This document shows, in pieces, positions 25,985-39,174 of a stretch of DNA of 64,000 nt. A model generated the notes under the pieces. That model made no database searches and was not told the origin of the DNA. It was given only the letters and a program-made list of their open reading frames with translations. Origin of the DNA: Eledone cirrhosa (taxonomy: Eukaryota); contig OZ024741.1 of the NCBI GenBank assembly GCA_964016885.1, positions 47,740,001-47,804,000 of the forward strand, in the 5' to 3' direction. Position numbers and translations under genes: made by a program. Numbering within the stretch: position 1 is the stretch's first letter; each line of letters begins with the position of its first letter.

Positions 25985-28210
25985 TAGGTATTTTGCTACA
26001 TATATGACGCTGATAAGAAGGTAGCTTGGAAGTGTTACTACGAAAGGCTACTAAATGAGGAGAATAAATGGGAGAAAGACAGTCTCCCCCACATCGACCT
26101 AATAGAGGGACCAGCAGTGTTAGTCGAAGGTAGTATAATAAGTAAGGCAATCAAAGATATGAAGACGGGTAAGGCGGCTGGGCCTTCGGAAATAGTTGCT
26201 GAACTGCTGAAAGCTTCTGGAACAGTGGGACACACCATGGTCACCCGGATAATAAACCAAGTCATACAGAATGGGGTTGTTCCGAAGGACTGGCGTAGCA
26301 GCATCATCATTAACTGCTACAAGGGTAAAGGAGATGCCCTAGATAGGAGTAACTATAGAGGCATTAAATTAATCGACCAGGTCATGAAGGTCACATAAAA
26401 AGTAATAGCGCAACTAATCAGAGAGAGAATTGATCTAGATGAAATGCAGTTCGGGTTTGTGTCAGGTAAAAGTACCACAGACGCTCTTTTCATTGTACAA
26501 CAACTACAGGAGAAGTACCTAGCTAAAAGTAAACCCCTATACTTAGCTTTTGTCGACTTGGAGAAAGCCTTCGACAGAGTCCCTGTTCCATTATCTGGTG
26601 GGCTCTTAGAAAACTAGGTGTTGATGAATGGCTTGTGAGAGCTATACAAGCCATGTATAAAGAAACAGTCAGTAAGGTTAGAATTAACAACGAATATAGT
26701 GAAGAGTTTAGCGTAAAAGTTGGTGTTCATCAGGGCTCCGTTCTTAGCCCCCTACTATTTATTATTGCCCTTCAGGCTATAGAAGTGGAGTTCAAGACCG
26801 GCTGCCCATGGGAACTCCTAACGCTCATAGCTGAATCAATGGCTGAACTAGAGAAGAAATTCCAAACATGGAAGCATGGCCTAGAATCAAAAGGCCTTAA
26901 TATTAACCTGTCTAAGACTAAAGTTCTAGTTTGTAGGAAGGAAAATAGGGCACCGGTCCCATCCGGGAAATGGCCATGCTCAGTGTGTAGGAAAGGAGTA
27001 GGTAGAAACTCCATTTTATGTCCCAAATGCAAAGTATGAGTGCATAAAAGATGTAGTGGGATCACAGGTAAGCTAACTAAGAATATAGATTTTATATGTG
27101 GCCGGTGCTCTGGTGCAATAAGTAGCAGCAAGTGCCCACAGAACACTAGCTCATTCTATTGCACAGATGGTTCTATAGAAATAGTGGACAGCTTCCGTTA
27201 CTTGGGTGACAAAATCAGCAGTGGGGGAGGGTGCTCTGAAAGTACAGTAGCTAGAGTCAGAACTGGATGGAAAAAGTTCAGAGAGCTTATACCACTATTA
27301 ACCGCTAAAGGGTTCTCCCTAAAAATGAAAGGCAGGCTGTATGATGCCTGCATACGAACAGCAATGTTACATGGCAGTGAGACCTGGGCATTGTGTGCAG
27401 AGGATATACGCAGACTGGAGAGGAACGAAGTAATATATGTGAACGGCAAAGCATAAACGAACTAAGGGAAAAATTAGAAATAAGAGGGATCAGATGTTGC
27501 TTACTCGAGAGAAGACTACGTTGGTATGGTCACGTGATGCGCATGAAAGACGACAGCTGTATAAAAAAGTGCAGGGCAATAAAAATCGACGGTAGCCACG
27601 GAGTAGGCAGACCCAGAAAAACCTGGGACGACTTACACACTTACACCTCTCCAAGACAATGTCACTGGACTGAGATCTTTGGCGCTACACAGTAATACAG
27701 AAGACCCGCCTTGCCTAAGTACAAAGTGAAACCTACAGTCAGTAGGCACCTCTAACAAAAACACACCCCCGCCCCATCCACACCACCCCTTTCGATGTAA
27801 AGTTATGTTGGTACCACAACATCCAGTCCGAAACAAATGAGGTCGTGTAGGTGTCACGACAAAAAAAAACACACAGTCCATGCTGTAATGTGGCCATGTA
27901 GGTAACACAGTAAAAACCTCCCAGTCCACACTGTAAACGTGGTTGGTGTTGGGAAGGGCACCCAGCCGTAGAAAACCCGCCAGACGTGTAGGTGTCACAA
28001 CAAAAAAACACACAGTCCACGCTGTAATGTGGCCGTGTAGGTAACACGGTAAAAACCTCCCAGTCCACACCGTAAACGTAGTTGGTGTTAGGAAGGGCAT
28101 CCAGCCGTAGAAAACCCGCCAGACAGTCCTATATGAGCAGGACAACCAATCTTGCCTCAAGTGGGAAAACTCCCGTCCAAACCCATGCAAGCGTGGAAGA
28201 TGGACGTTAA
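25985..28210 (+). mobile_element. RTE LINE (family 1), 5'-truncated and degenerate
   Basis: GKAAGPSEI, NYRGIKL, VHQGSVLSPLLF, C4HC3 insert, DSFRYLGD, HGSETW; 3' UTR with tandem ggaagggcatccagccgtag modules and (gat)n tail. Confidence 0.9.
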
Positions 28211-28520
28211 ACGATGATGATGATGATGATATATATGTTGAAATGTTCCTGCATATATTACTGGGTAAAGTGCCAATAAATCTCATTGGATGAAAACTGT
28301 AGTAGAGGAAGACCTGTGTGGTGTGAAGGGAATGAGGGCTGATTAGAAATTGCTGAATTTCACAAAGAAGATGACAAAGGAACACAAGTAGAGAGATGCT
28401 GTGCTGGAAAAGACCTGTCTAACCCATGCAAGTATGGAAAACTGGATGTAAAATGATGATATATATACAAACATATGTAATTATACACAATATATATATT
28501 GTATTGCAACAAACATATAG

Positions 28521-28790
28521 TGGAGGCATGTAGCCTAGTTGTAAGGATGTTGGACGTACAATCATAATGTTGTGTGTTTGATTCTGAGACAGGGTTGTGT
28601 GTTGTGTTCTTGAGTAAAACATTTCATTTCACACTGCTCCAGTATACTCAGCTGAAAATGAGTACGAGCAGTGGTTGGTGGTTTAATCCTGCAATAGACT
28701 ATTCTGTCCAGAGGGAAGTCTTGTATTTTCATTCGCTTCACCCCACGGAAACTGGGACAAGCAGCGACCTGATGAGCCACCAGGCTTGAG
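28521..28790 (+). mobile_element. tRNA-derived SINE (diverged)
   Basis: tggaggcatgtagcctagttg head and cttgagtaaaacatttcatttcacactgctccag core; similar heads at 40115-40230 and 57499-57810. Confidence 0.6.
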
Positions 28791-28814
28791 ATAAACTTTC
28801 CAAATATAACGGCT

Positions 28815-29100
28815 CCCATGACTTTTGGAAAAATCTTTTCACGGTCAGAGTTGCTGAAGCATAGAACAAATTACCTGCATTGGTTGTTAGCTGTCAGGAC
28901 ACTGCATCCTTCAAAACTACCATGCTTCCCAAAATTCGCCAACACTACACCTTATATTCCCCCTCCATACACACGCATGCATGTATCTGTGTGTATATCA
29001 TGACTCATACACTGTTCACTTTCCTGACATTTGTGCATTATTATATGTACTATACATGCACCTTGAGCACTGTAAACAATAATTTTCATTATCATTATTA
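28815..29100 (+). mobile_element. CR1 LINE 3' fragment
   Basis: Reverse-complement match to the CR1 tails at 14177 and 29580; (att)n end. Confidence 0.8.
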
Positions 29101-29579
29101 CGGGGTCGATAAAATAAAGCACCAGTCACACACAGGGAGGAGGGGGGGATTTAATCGACTTTCCCCTCCCACAAAATTACTGGCCTTGTGCCTATATAAG
29201 AAACCATTATTATATTATTATTAATGATGATGATGATGATATTAAGAAAACCAAGGGTTTAGGATGTGGAAATCGGTCTCAAAGGAGATGACAAAGAAAA
29301 GATACAAGTGAAGAAGAATCATGTAACTTATAAAAGCATGGAACTATAGATATTAAAAATGATGATGATGATGAAGTTGGTATATAATTAATTAATCTAA
29401 AATTGGATTATGTTGTCATATAACAAACATTTTAATGTTATTCAATTATCTTAATTATCTAATTAAATAATAGCTGGTTATTGTTCTATGAATTCAAAAA
29501 ATATTATTTCTTGGAAAATCTGAATAATCTTTTGCCTATGTCCGTGCAGTAGTTCTTCGAAATGTGCAAAATTTTTTTT

Positions 29580-32500
29580 AATAATAATGAAATTATTGTG
29601 TAGTGCTCAGGTGCACTACAACTCGTCAAAGGTGCATGTATAGTACATAGAATAATATACAAATGTCAGGGAAGTGAATAGTGTATGAGTCATGATATAC
29701 GTGTGTATGGAGGAGGAATATTAGGTGTAGTGTTGGTGAATCTCAGGAAGCATGGAGGTTTTAAAGGATGTCTTGACAGCTAATAACTGATGCAGGTAGT
29801 TTGTTCCATGCTTCAGCAACTCTGAGCATGAAAAAATGTTTTCAAAAGTCATGGAAGCTGTGCTGTTTTCTGACTTTGTGGGCATGCCCACGTGTGTTAG
29901 ACACATGGAAATCAAAAAGGTACTCAGGGTTGTTGGCAAGATGGTTAATAATTTTGTGGGTGTTTACTAAGTCAGTTGCCAGACATTGGAGCTTCAATGT
30001 ATCCATGCCCAGGGAAGCAAGGCGTTCAGAGTATGGTAGATGCCTGATGGAGGGTATTTGCTTGGTTGCACGTCTCTGAACAGTTTCCAGGCGGTCAATG
30101 TTCTGAGCAAGATAGGGGTTCCAGACTGGTGATGCAAATTCTAAGTGTGGCCACACCATAGCCATGTACAACCTTAAATAGATAGCTGGAGAGCGGCTGA
30201 CAAAGGTCTTGCTGAGTGATGCTAAGACACCCTCGGCCTTCTTGACAATTTTAGAGACGTGCTTCGTCCAACGCAAATCGCTGCTGACCGTAATGCCCAG
30301 GTCACGTTCACAAGAATACTTCTTGATATTAGTGTTGTGGAGGCAGTATGTGGACGCTGGGTTTTTACTCCCAAAATGCATGGTGGTACACTTGTCCACA
30401 GCCAACTTGAGTTGCCAGCCTGAGATCCATTGTTGCATTGTGTCCAGGTCAGATTGCAGGCAAGATCTATAGTGTTCAGGATCTGTCCTGTTTATCTCAA
30501 GGTACAGCATGATATCATTTGCATATTTCAGTACTGTGGCATTCTTTAAGTTGGCATCTATGTCATTAATATATGCCACAAACAAAAGGGGACCAAGAAC
30601 AGATCCCTGTGGTAGACCAGGTGACATTTCATATGGTGAAGAATGCTGTCTTAGAACCATGACTAACTCTCTTCGACTGAGAATGAAGGACTTCAACCAG
30701 TTAAAAAGATCATCCTTCACACCCATTGCAGAGAGTTTTGCCATAAGTCTTTTGTGTGGCACAGAATTGAAAGCTTTAGCAAAGTCAAGGTAAACAACAT
30801 CCACCCATGAGCCGCCATCAGTGATCCGGGTGATGTCTTCAAGAAATCCGATAAGTTGATCACAGCAGCTGGAGTTAGAGATAAATCCAAATTGCAAGGG
30901 CCGGATAAGACTATGAGAGTTCCAGAAGTTCCAAAGCGTTTCTCTGACACAGGATTCCATCAGTTTGGCAATGCAGCTAGTAAGACTGACTGGACGATAG
31001 TTCACAGGTGATATGCGGTCACCCTTTTTGAACAGAGGAATGACACTGGCAGTTTTCCACTGTTCTGGAGTAGCACTGTTGTTCAAACAGAATGGGAAGA
31101 AGCGTGATAGCTGGTGCAGAAGGAAGTACTCACCACGTTTGAGAAGCAGGTACGTAACACCATCAAGACCAGGAGAGGCATGGTTGCGTTTATTTTTAAG
31201 GTGACGTCGCAGCATTGCAGGTGTAAATTCCATACTTGTAATAGAATCCGAAGTCGGAGGTGGTGGAGACGATATACTCTGGTCTTTAATAGTGAAAATG
31301 TCTGCATAGCATTCAGCAATGAGTTCTGCACATTTCTTGGAGTCGTCAGTAACCTGGCTTGTGTGGGGATTGCGAAGAGGACCAACTGGAGAGTGAGGCC
31401 TCTGCTTTGAGTGAACATACTTCCAGAACACTTTACTGTCAAATTGAAGCACTGCCTTTCTTGTCACCTGTTTGAGATGGTTGGATGATTTATTTCGCTT
31501 TTTCCTATTGATATCTGATTTATGCAGTTTGTACTCACGTTCAGCATTACAACGTTCCTTTCTGGCAAGACGGACTGCTGCAGTCTCCCAAATTGCACTT
31601 TTGGGATGTTTTTTCTGCTTATGTGGCACCGATGCTGTACATGCTGTCCATATTGAGCTCAGGATGTTCTGGAGTACAGTGTTAACATCTCCAGAGTTGT
31701 AGAACTCAAGCCAGTTTGGCCGTTGCAACTCGGTGCAGTAACAGTTCCAGTCTGCTTTATTCCAGTGAAAGTGAGCAGCTTGGAGATGGTTGTGGTTTTT
31801 GTTACTGCCCATGAGGGATAGATTGGCAATGATCATAGCATGATCAAAGTCACTTAAAGGTTCCTCAGTAGTAACACTAATAACCGTTTCAGGAGTAGTG
31901 GTGAAGAGTAGATCCAAAGTGTTATCACCTCTTGTTGGGGAGTGACTACTTGGGACCAATTCGAGTCCAGCACTAGCTCAATGAAGTCATTTGCACTTTG
32001 CGGCCAATGAAAGGTTTCCCAGTCAATCTGAAGGTGATTGAAGTCCCCTGCAATAAAAACATAAGTAGTGGTTTCCTGGCAGCAACTCTGAGGATATCAC
32101 AAAGTTAGTGTCTTGATAGTAATTTGGGGGACGGTAAACAACTCCAAGTAGCAGTGTTGACATGGTCATATGTATATCACAGAAAAATACTTCTTGCTGC
32201 GCTTGGTTCAAATCAACACAAGGAATTGGCGAAAAATTTGACCAAACGTAGACCATTACACCATCACTATGACGATTAATGCGGTCTTTACGAAATAAGT
32301 TGTAGCCAGTTATGTTGAAAACTCCATCACAGAGTAAGGAATGTGCCTATGTTTCCGTGACTGTAATGAAGTCAGGTTTGATACTTTTGACGTAGGAGTC
32401 AAAAAGATGTATCTTATTACATTGACTACGTGCATTCAAGGACAACAATTTGTACCTTGATTCCAGTCTAGGATTATGTGCAGGGGATGGCAGGTTGTTC

Positions 32501-34112
32501 TGATTTAGTTTCCCAGCCTTAATAAACTTCCATATCTGCCCATCATCACGTAGGCTGAAGCTTTCATGTTCTACCGAGCTGCGGTTTAAGGAAGCTACAG
32601 CACAAAGCTTTGGGTGGACATCAGGTGGAGGACCAGGGCGTGTTCGGAAGGCAATCCGACTTTCACGCCTAGCTTTATCAGAGGCCAAAAGATATGAATG
32701 TGCCTCAGTTGAGTTTGAAAAAGACAGTCTAATTAGTCTGGGTTTCGGACCTGGTTGGCCAAGGCGTAGAGCACCCTTCAGGGGAGCACAACCCTTGTCA
32801 TTGGATGAACTGGCAGCAAATGCCTGAAGATCAACTATGTCTTCTGGTACACCAATGGCAATCACTTCATGGTTTACAGATTCAGTGGCATTCTCAATGC
32901 GTCTAGATTCGGCAAGAGGTACGTGGAGATTTTTTAACAAGGCACTCCAGTAAGATCCCTCATTGTGAGGTTCTACACGAACGCTTGATTTTATACCCGC
33001 TATTTCTCGGCTTAAAGCGAAAATCATTTGCCGTATTTCCTCAAACTCCGTCTTGACGGTCGATTTTGTTGTTATTCTTCTTCTTCAACAGGCATGGTAG
33101 GGGAAGACACAGTCGTCGGTTGTAGTTGCTGAAAAGTAACTGGGGAGGAAGACATGAGTTGCTGCTGTTGATGAATGAAGTCCTTCAACAGGGGTAGTAG
33201 CAGAAGCTACGGTCGTTGGTTTTTGCTGTTGTTCAGGAACAATGGTAGAGGAAGACACGATCTTCAGTTTTTGTTGTTGTTGTTCAGCAGCAATGGTAGA
33301 GGCAGACATACAAGCCAGGCACTGAAAGGACCAATTTGTTAGCTGGACCATTTCCATCATAGAAGTATGGCGTCTCTTTTTCTGACCCAGGATCTTTCGA
33401 AAGTTTGTGGCACATTGAAGGCAAACAGAAACACGACATTTGTCACATTCGACTCATCGATTTCGGAAGGAGTTCTCTGGTTCTGTACATAGATGACAGA
33501 CGTGATTTTCTGGGCAATGTTATATTTTGTTCTATCTACATCGCCCAGTTTTGTGGTACACTTCATCCATGGTTGTCACAATAGCTATTTTGTCCTGTCT
33601 GTCTATCCGTACAGTAGAACAAGATGTAAATGTAAACAAATAAATATGCTGCGTAAGTTTAGCAAATTTGTTAACGAGATGAATGTTTGTTTATGTTTTG
33701 TTTTTGTATTTCTGTTTTCCTATGTATTGTGTGTGTGTATGCCAAAAGATCTGCACACGAATATATAATTAAAAGGTGTATGTGGGTTAGAAGCGAAGTC
33801 AATGCTCAGAAAGAATTTACAAATGTACGTAAGATTGGTCGGTATAGTGTCTCACATAAAATAGTGTGGTTTCTTTTTACTTGTGTGTATATGCGTGTGG
33901 TATGTATCTGTATAGATCTGTGTGTATATTGTTGTTTATAGATTTTGTGAAGTACTTACTGCGATCCCTAAGGGATGTAGTGATTTATTTATTTTTTCCC
34001 CGTTCATGTCCACATGTGGTTTGTTGGGGAAAATCAAATATACTTCGTTAAAATAATTTTATGTTGAAGCTGGTACTAGTAGTCAGGGAACAGTCAAAGT
34101 ATTTGTAATAAT
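29580..34112 (-). mobile_element. CR1 LINE, full-length but degenerate (copy A)
   Basis: 5' UTR (33760-34112) homologous to 52180-52558; ORF1 remnants 32500-33570; APE YKLLSLNARS..ITVTET; RT ORF 29842-31959 with NYRPVSLTS, YLDFAKAF, PQGSVLGPLLF, YAND. Confidence 0.9.
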
Positions 34113-34254
34113 GAATATTGTAATCCATCTGACATGTGTTAAAAGAGCAGTTTTTGGTGATAATATTATATTTTGTTTGGGAAGACGTGTTCAAATGCCC
34201 TTCTTTACCGCCATTTTCTTAACTATATTTTACTTTAACTAATCAACGTGTCAA

Positions 34255-34637
34255 TATTTTTACACGATTGTATGTAAAATCTCTGGCATGTGTCTTTGTT
34301 TTGTCCCCTTTTGGCAAATAAAGAAATCTATCTATCTATCTATCTATCTATCTATTGGGGAAAATCGACTAACTTTTTAAATTCCATTTGTGATAACATT
34401 TTATACGTTTTTATTGTATGTAAACTTCCCCCTTTGTATTTGTCCCCTTCTTTTGTGCCCCTGTGGCTAATAAAGAAATATATCTATCTATCTATTGGGG
34501 GAAATCGACTAACTTTTTAAATTCCATTTGAGATAACATTTTACACGTTTTTATTGTATGTAAACTTCCCCCTTTGTATTTGTCCCCTTCTTTTGTGCCC
34601 CTGTGGCTAATAAAGAAATCTATCTATCTATCTATCT
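34255..34637 (+). repeat. Three tandem Tx1-type 3' tails
   Basis: Each ends ...aataaagaaat(atct)n; the first resembles the tail at 38940-39044, and the second and third are ~143-bp duplicates of each other. Confidence 0.75.
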
Positions 34638-34767
34638 TCCGAAAGATATCTTTAAGGGAAGATTCATATTAGTAGGTTCCCATTGACTCAGTGAACTGTG
34701 ACAGTGGTAGATGCAGAAAAACAGGAAATAATACAGTTTTTCAAAGAAATAGTATTTGGAATTCCAG
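34638..34767 (+). repeat. 130-bp direct repeat, left copy (candidate long TSD)
   Basis: Matches 39045-39174 with 4 substitutions. Confidence 0.9.
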
Positions 34768-37700
34768 GAAATTCATCGTCAGACGAGGCTATTTCTCCAT
34801 CCCCAAATGAAGATGGAGAGCCTCGGAAAAAAAAAAAAAAAAAAAAAAGAGACACCGCAAAGTCACAAAAACAACAATCACCAACACGAACACACAACCA
34901 CCAACACAAACAACAAAACAAACACCACCACAATCACCCCCGTCCTACCAGCAAAACAAACACCACCCCAAACACAAATGCCCATCATAAAAAGAAAACT
35001 ACAAAATGAACAACAAACCAAAACAACACAACAAAAAAACAAACAATACAACATACATTAACACAAACAACAAAAACCTAATGGAGGTCATCTCCCAAGA
35101 CCACAAAGTAGAAACTGAGGGGAAAACTTTTGTCAAGGCAGACTCAACCACCTAAAACTGATAAGGGTTTCGATAGAAACCTATCAGAAATTAAAAGAAC
35201 AATTTTCACAGGACGTTGGCAACACCGTCAAAAGCCCATTAACCGCGTCCTATTAAAATGTTTCCTCACCCCACTCAACACCCCCACCAGCACCCAAATA
35301 GAGATTGAACAACCCAATCTCCAGGAAACGAAAAGGTAAGTGCATCTTTTCGTCCTTTTTCACCAACTCTTCTCCACCAACATGGCTAATTTACGAGCTG
35401 GAAGTGTAAATGTGCGTGGCCTAGGGATGTCCTGGAAACAGGGCCAACTTTTAAACGACCTTATGTCACATGGTATGGATGTGATAGCCATCACCGAGTC
35501 CAAGATCCACAACAGGCAGCAACTAACCCCATCTTTAATGACTTTGAGATCTACGCATCTCTCTGTCAGCCAGGAGATGGAGGGGGAGTGGCTGTCATGT
35601 TTCGGAAAAACCTGGACCTCGAAATACAGCAAGTACACTTGGACCCGGAGGGTAGACTGGTAGTCCTAGACGTGAACAGTCTTGGAGGTGGAGCCCTCAG
35701 ACTGGTGGCCGTTTATGCCCCAACTGGGCAATCACGGCCAGACTTCTTTAAACATCTAGAGTCTTTTCTGGGAACGTCTCGCTCCTTGCTTTTAATGGGG
35801 GACTGGAATGGTATCCTAGACACACGCTGGGACTATGTAGGATCATGTCTCAGTAGAAGGGGGTGCAACAGCCTCAAAAATTTAATCAGCCAATTCCAAC
35901 TGGCCGATAGGTATCGACTAGATTTCCCGACTGCACCACAGTGGATGTGGACAAACCACAGCGGGACATCTAGATCGTATTTAGACAGGTTCTTTATTAG
36001 AGAGAGAGAGAGACAAGAAGATGTTAAGCTGTCCACAAATGCACATGGTTGCCTATTCAGACCACAAACTAGTCATCTGTATAGTCAACCGTGATAGAAT
36101 ACATAGACAAGGACCTGGATACTGGAAGCTGAACGTGTCGCTACCGACATGTAAAGCCTACAGTGAACAGATTAGTAGATTAGTTAAGCAACAGTTGACG
36201 GGAGCCATCGTTAACAACAGATGGTGGTACTCTCTCAAGAGAGCAACTAGAGTAGAGTCGATAGACTTTAGCAGAGAATTAGCCTTAGAGAAAAAGAAAA
36301 CAGAAACGGGACTAGTAGCCAAGGTAGAGGAGGCGCTTAGGTGTGGCAACGTAGCTAGAGTGCTAGCAACGAGGACGGCACTGGACCAGTTCTTCGACGC
36401 AAAACATGAAGGCTGCGTGATCAGAAGTAAATCACATGCTCTAGGAAATGAGGGAGCAAAAGTGGCAACAAGTCCATGATTCGGTCTGTGAAAGCACAAA
36501 ACGGACGCATGCTGCTTGACCCCAAGCGGATATGCGCGGTCTTTCAGTGGCACTTTGCGCAACTGTTCGAGCAGAGTGGTGGTGTGTCGAACGGGACAAT
36601 GGATTTCAGTTCATACCTCGACGGCCTGCCACATCTCTCGAGCATGGACGCCGAGTTCTGCGGAAGACCGATCACAGCCACTGAGATACGGAACGCTCTG
36701 GGCCGCTGCGGGAAATGCAAATCACCCAGTCTAGATGGTCTAACCTATGAGTTTTACATAGGCATGCCGGACTTGTTTTCTGGCGTCCTCGAAGCTGTCT
36801 ACTGCAACTGGAAGCAGAATTGGAGAATTCCCAGTTCTGCAGGCAGGGGCGTAGTAATGCTGTTCAGGAAAGACAAGAACAAGGGGGACGAACTAAGCTA
36901 CTTTAGGCCCATAACTCTGGTCAACACAGAGTTAAAGATTTTGGCCAAGGTGTTGGCAACGAGGTTGGCGCTTGTCGTTGGGAACCTGGTAGGCAAGGCG
37001 CAAACATGTGCAATCCTGACCAGGTTCATATACGACAACCTCCACCTCAGGCGATACATCATAGAGAGGGTGGGGTGTAAACCTGGCTTTGGTGGGGCTC
37101 TGATCAATTTAGATCAGTCTAAGGCGTCCGATAGGGTCGACCATCGATACTTGGAAGCGGTTCTCAAGGCGGCCGGTTTCGGACCCATCTTCAGGGGCTG
37201 GATCGCCGCAATGCACACCAACATCTGCTTGATGGTCAAGGAGAACAGCTACCTATCGGAGCCATTCGCAATCATGCGTTCCATCCAACAGGGATGCCCT
37301 CTCTTCTCCATTCTGTACGTACTGACTCTAGAGCCACTACTGCAGAAGTTGGAGCTGCTGCAGGGCATCCCATTGGAACCGGGACTGCGGAAAGCGGCGT
37401 CGGCTTATGCCGATGACGTGACAGTAATGGTGTCGGAAACCTCGGAAATCGGGGTGATCAGCAACTTACTGCAGGAATACGAAAGTCTCGCAGGCGCAAA
37501 ACTGAACCCAGACAAGTCTGTCGGTTTGCAACTCGGAACGTGGAGAGGCAAACCGATGCCGTCCGACAGCATTGTCGGACGCTAGACGGACCGGTGAAAT
37601 TGCTCGGGGTCTGGTTCGGTCCGGACCTCCAGGTGGAGAAAAACTGGAATGAGGTCACGGCCAAGGTATTTGCGCTCACTCAGAAGTGGGCAGAGTGCAA

Positions 37701-39044
37701 ACTATCCTTGAAAGGTCGAGCGGAGGTGGCGAACACTTTCATAGCATCCGTTATCTACTACCGCTTGACCGTCGTGCCTTGTCCCCATGAACACCTCACC
37801 AAGATGGAACGCATGCTCTTCCAGTACTTTGGAAGAAGCAGGCTCCACTGGTGAGAAGATCCATCTGCTGTCAGCACCCTTCCAACGGAGGGCTGGGAAT
37901 GCCGTGGCTGATGATGTGCAAACATGCGCTGAGGCTACGGCATCTACAGGTATTCCTCACCGATCCCCAACTGGTGTGGGCACCGTTTGTGAGACAGGCC
38001 TTCCCGCAACTTGTCTCGCTGACGGAGTGCAGTCCTGGGTCAAGCGGAGACCGAAGAAGATGGGTGCCTGGCACATAGAATGCGCTCAGGCGCTCACAGT
38101 CCTCTGTCAAGCGGGCACGGCAATCAGTGGAGACTCCACTTCGATATTCTATAGAGGGTTAGTATGTTACAAGGGCGACGACGTGCTCGGTGAGACTCTA
38201 GGCATCGAAGACGACAAACTCACCAGTCTGTTTGGTAGAACTTTCCATGCGGGTCCTATGGACAACTTCCAGAGGTCCCTGGCCTGGCAGTGCTACCAAG
38301 GAGCTCTACCAGTTCACCAGTTCGTGACAAGATCAACAGGCACGGATGCCCCAGCAGGGATCCTTTCAAGAGGACACACCCAAAATGCGGGCAGGACATT
38401 GAAACTGTCTTGCACGCAATTGTACACTGCCCGGGCATAACCGACCTGTGGAACTATGCAGAACAACTGCTGTCGCGTATGGGACAAATCCAGTTGACTG
38501 CCGAGTCCATAGTAAGGATCAAACTGCCAACTTCTTTCAAAAACGAAAGAGAGGCGGTTTTCCTCTGTATAGTGGCTATGGTGAAAGAGGTTATATGGTG
38601 GACGAGATTGAGGGGACTGAGGACAGATGCCTTTCTCTCCGGACAACAACTAATTCCCTTCTTTAAGTATCACTTTAGAAGGAGAATCAGAGTGGAGAGA
38701 GAGGCACTGCACCCCAGTAAATTTATGAAAGGTGGGTGAATGTGGCAAAAATGGCCCAAGTGATTGGGCCTTCTCTGTATATAAACCTGTAGGTTGAAGA
38801 AGAGAGCAAAAGGAAGAAAGGAGCACTTGCACATCACGTTCCTGAAGTTGAGAGTTGTTCTATCGACGGGGTATTAAACAACCCATTTGCGGCGCCTCCC
38901 CCCTATTGGGATTTCGATTGTTATATTTGTTTGTTTCATATTTTTACACGATTGTATGTAAAATCCCTGGCATGTGTCTTTGTTTTGTCCCCTTTTCTTG
39001 TGTGCCCTTGTGGCTAATAAAGAAATATATCTATCTATCTATCT
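34768..39044 (+). mobile_element. Tx1/L1-clade non-LTR retrotransposon, 5'-truncated and frameshifted
   Basis: ORF1 tail; APE GSVNVRGL..ITESK, VYAP, GDWN, SYLDR, SDH, GYWKLN; RT FRPITLVN, DQSKA.DRV, QGCP, YADD; GGLG; zinc knuckle PKCGQDIETVLHAIVHC; (ATCT)n tail. Confidence 0.9.
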
Positions 39045-39174
39045 TCTGAAAGATATCTTTAAGGGAAGATGCATATTAGTAGGTTCCCATTGACTCAGTG
39101 AACTGTGACAGTGGTAGATGCAGAAAAACAGGAAATAATACAATTTTTCAAAGAAATAGTATTTAGAATTCCAG
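39045..39174 (+). repeat. 130-bp direct repeat, right copy
   Basis: Matches 34638-34767. Confidence 0.9.

Noticed and set aside
34698-35009. Host exon in the 130-bp repeat (TVVDAEKQEIIQFFKEIVFGIP)
   Set aside because: No convincing splice sites or recognisable protein similarity; the ORF is a chance fusion with the LINE 5' end
34850-35340. A/C-rich, T-poor stretch resembling a second hypermutated region
   Set aside because: It reads as a Thr/Gln/Asn/Pro-rich ORF1 tail of the Tx1 element, and no conserved motif is restored by C->T reversion, so editing is unsupported
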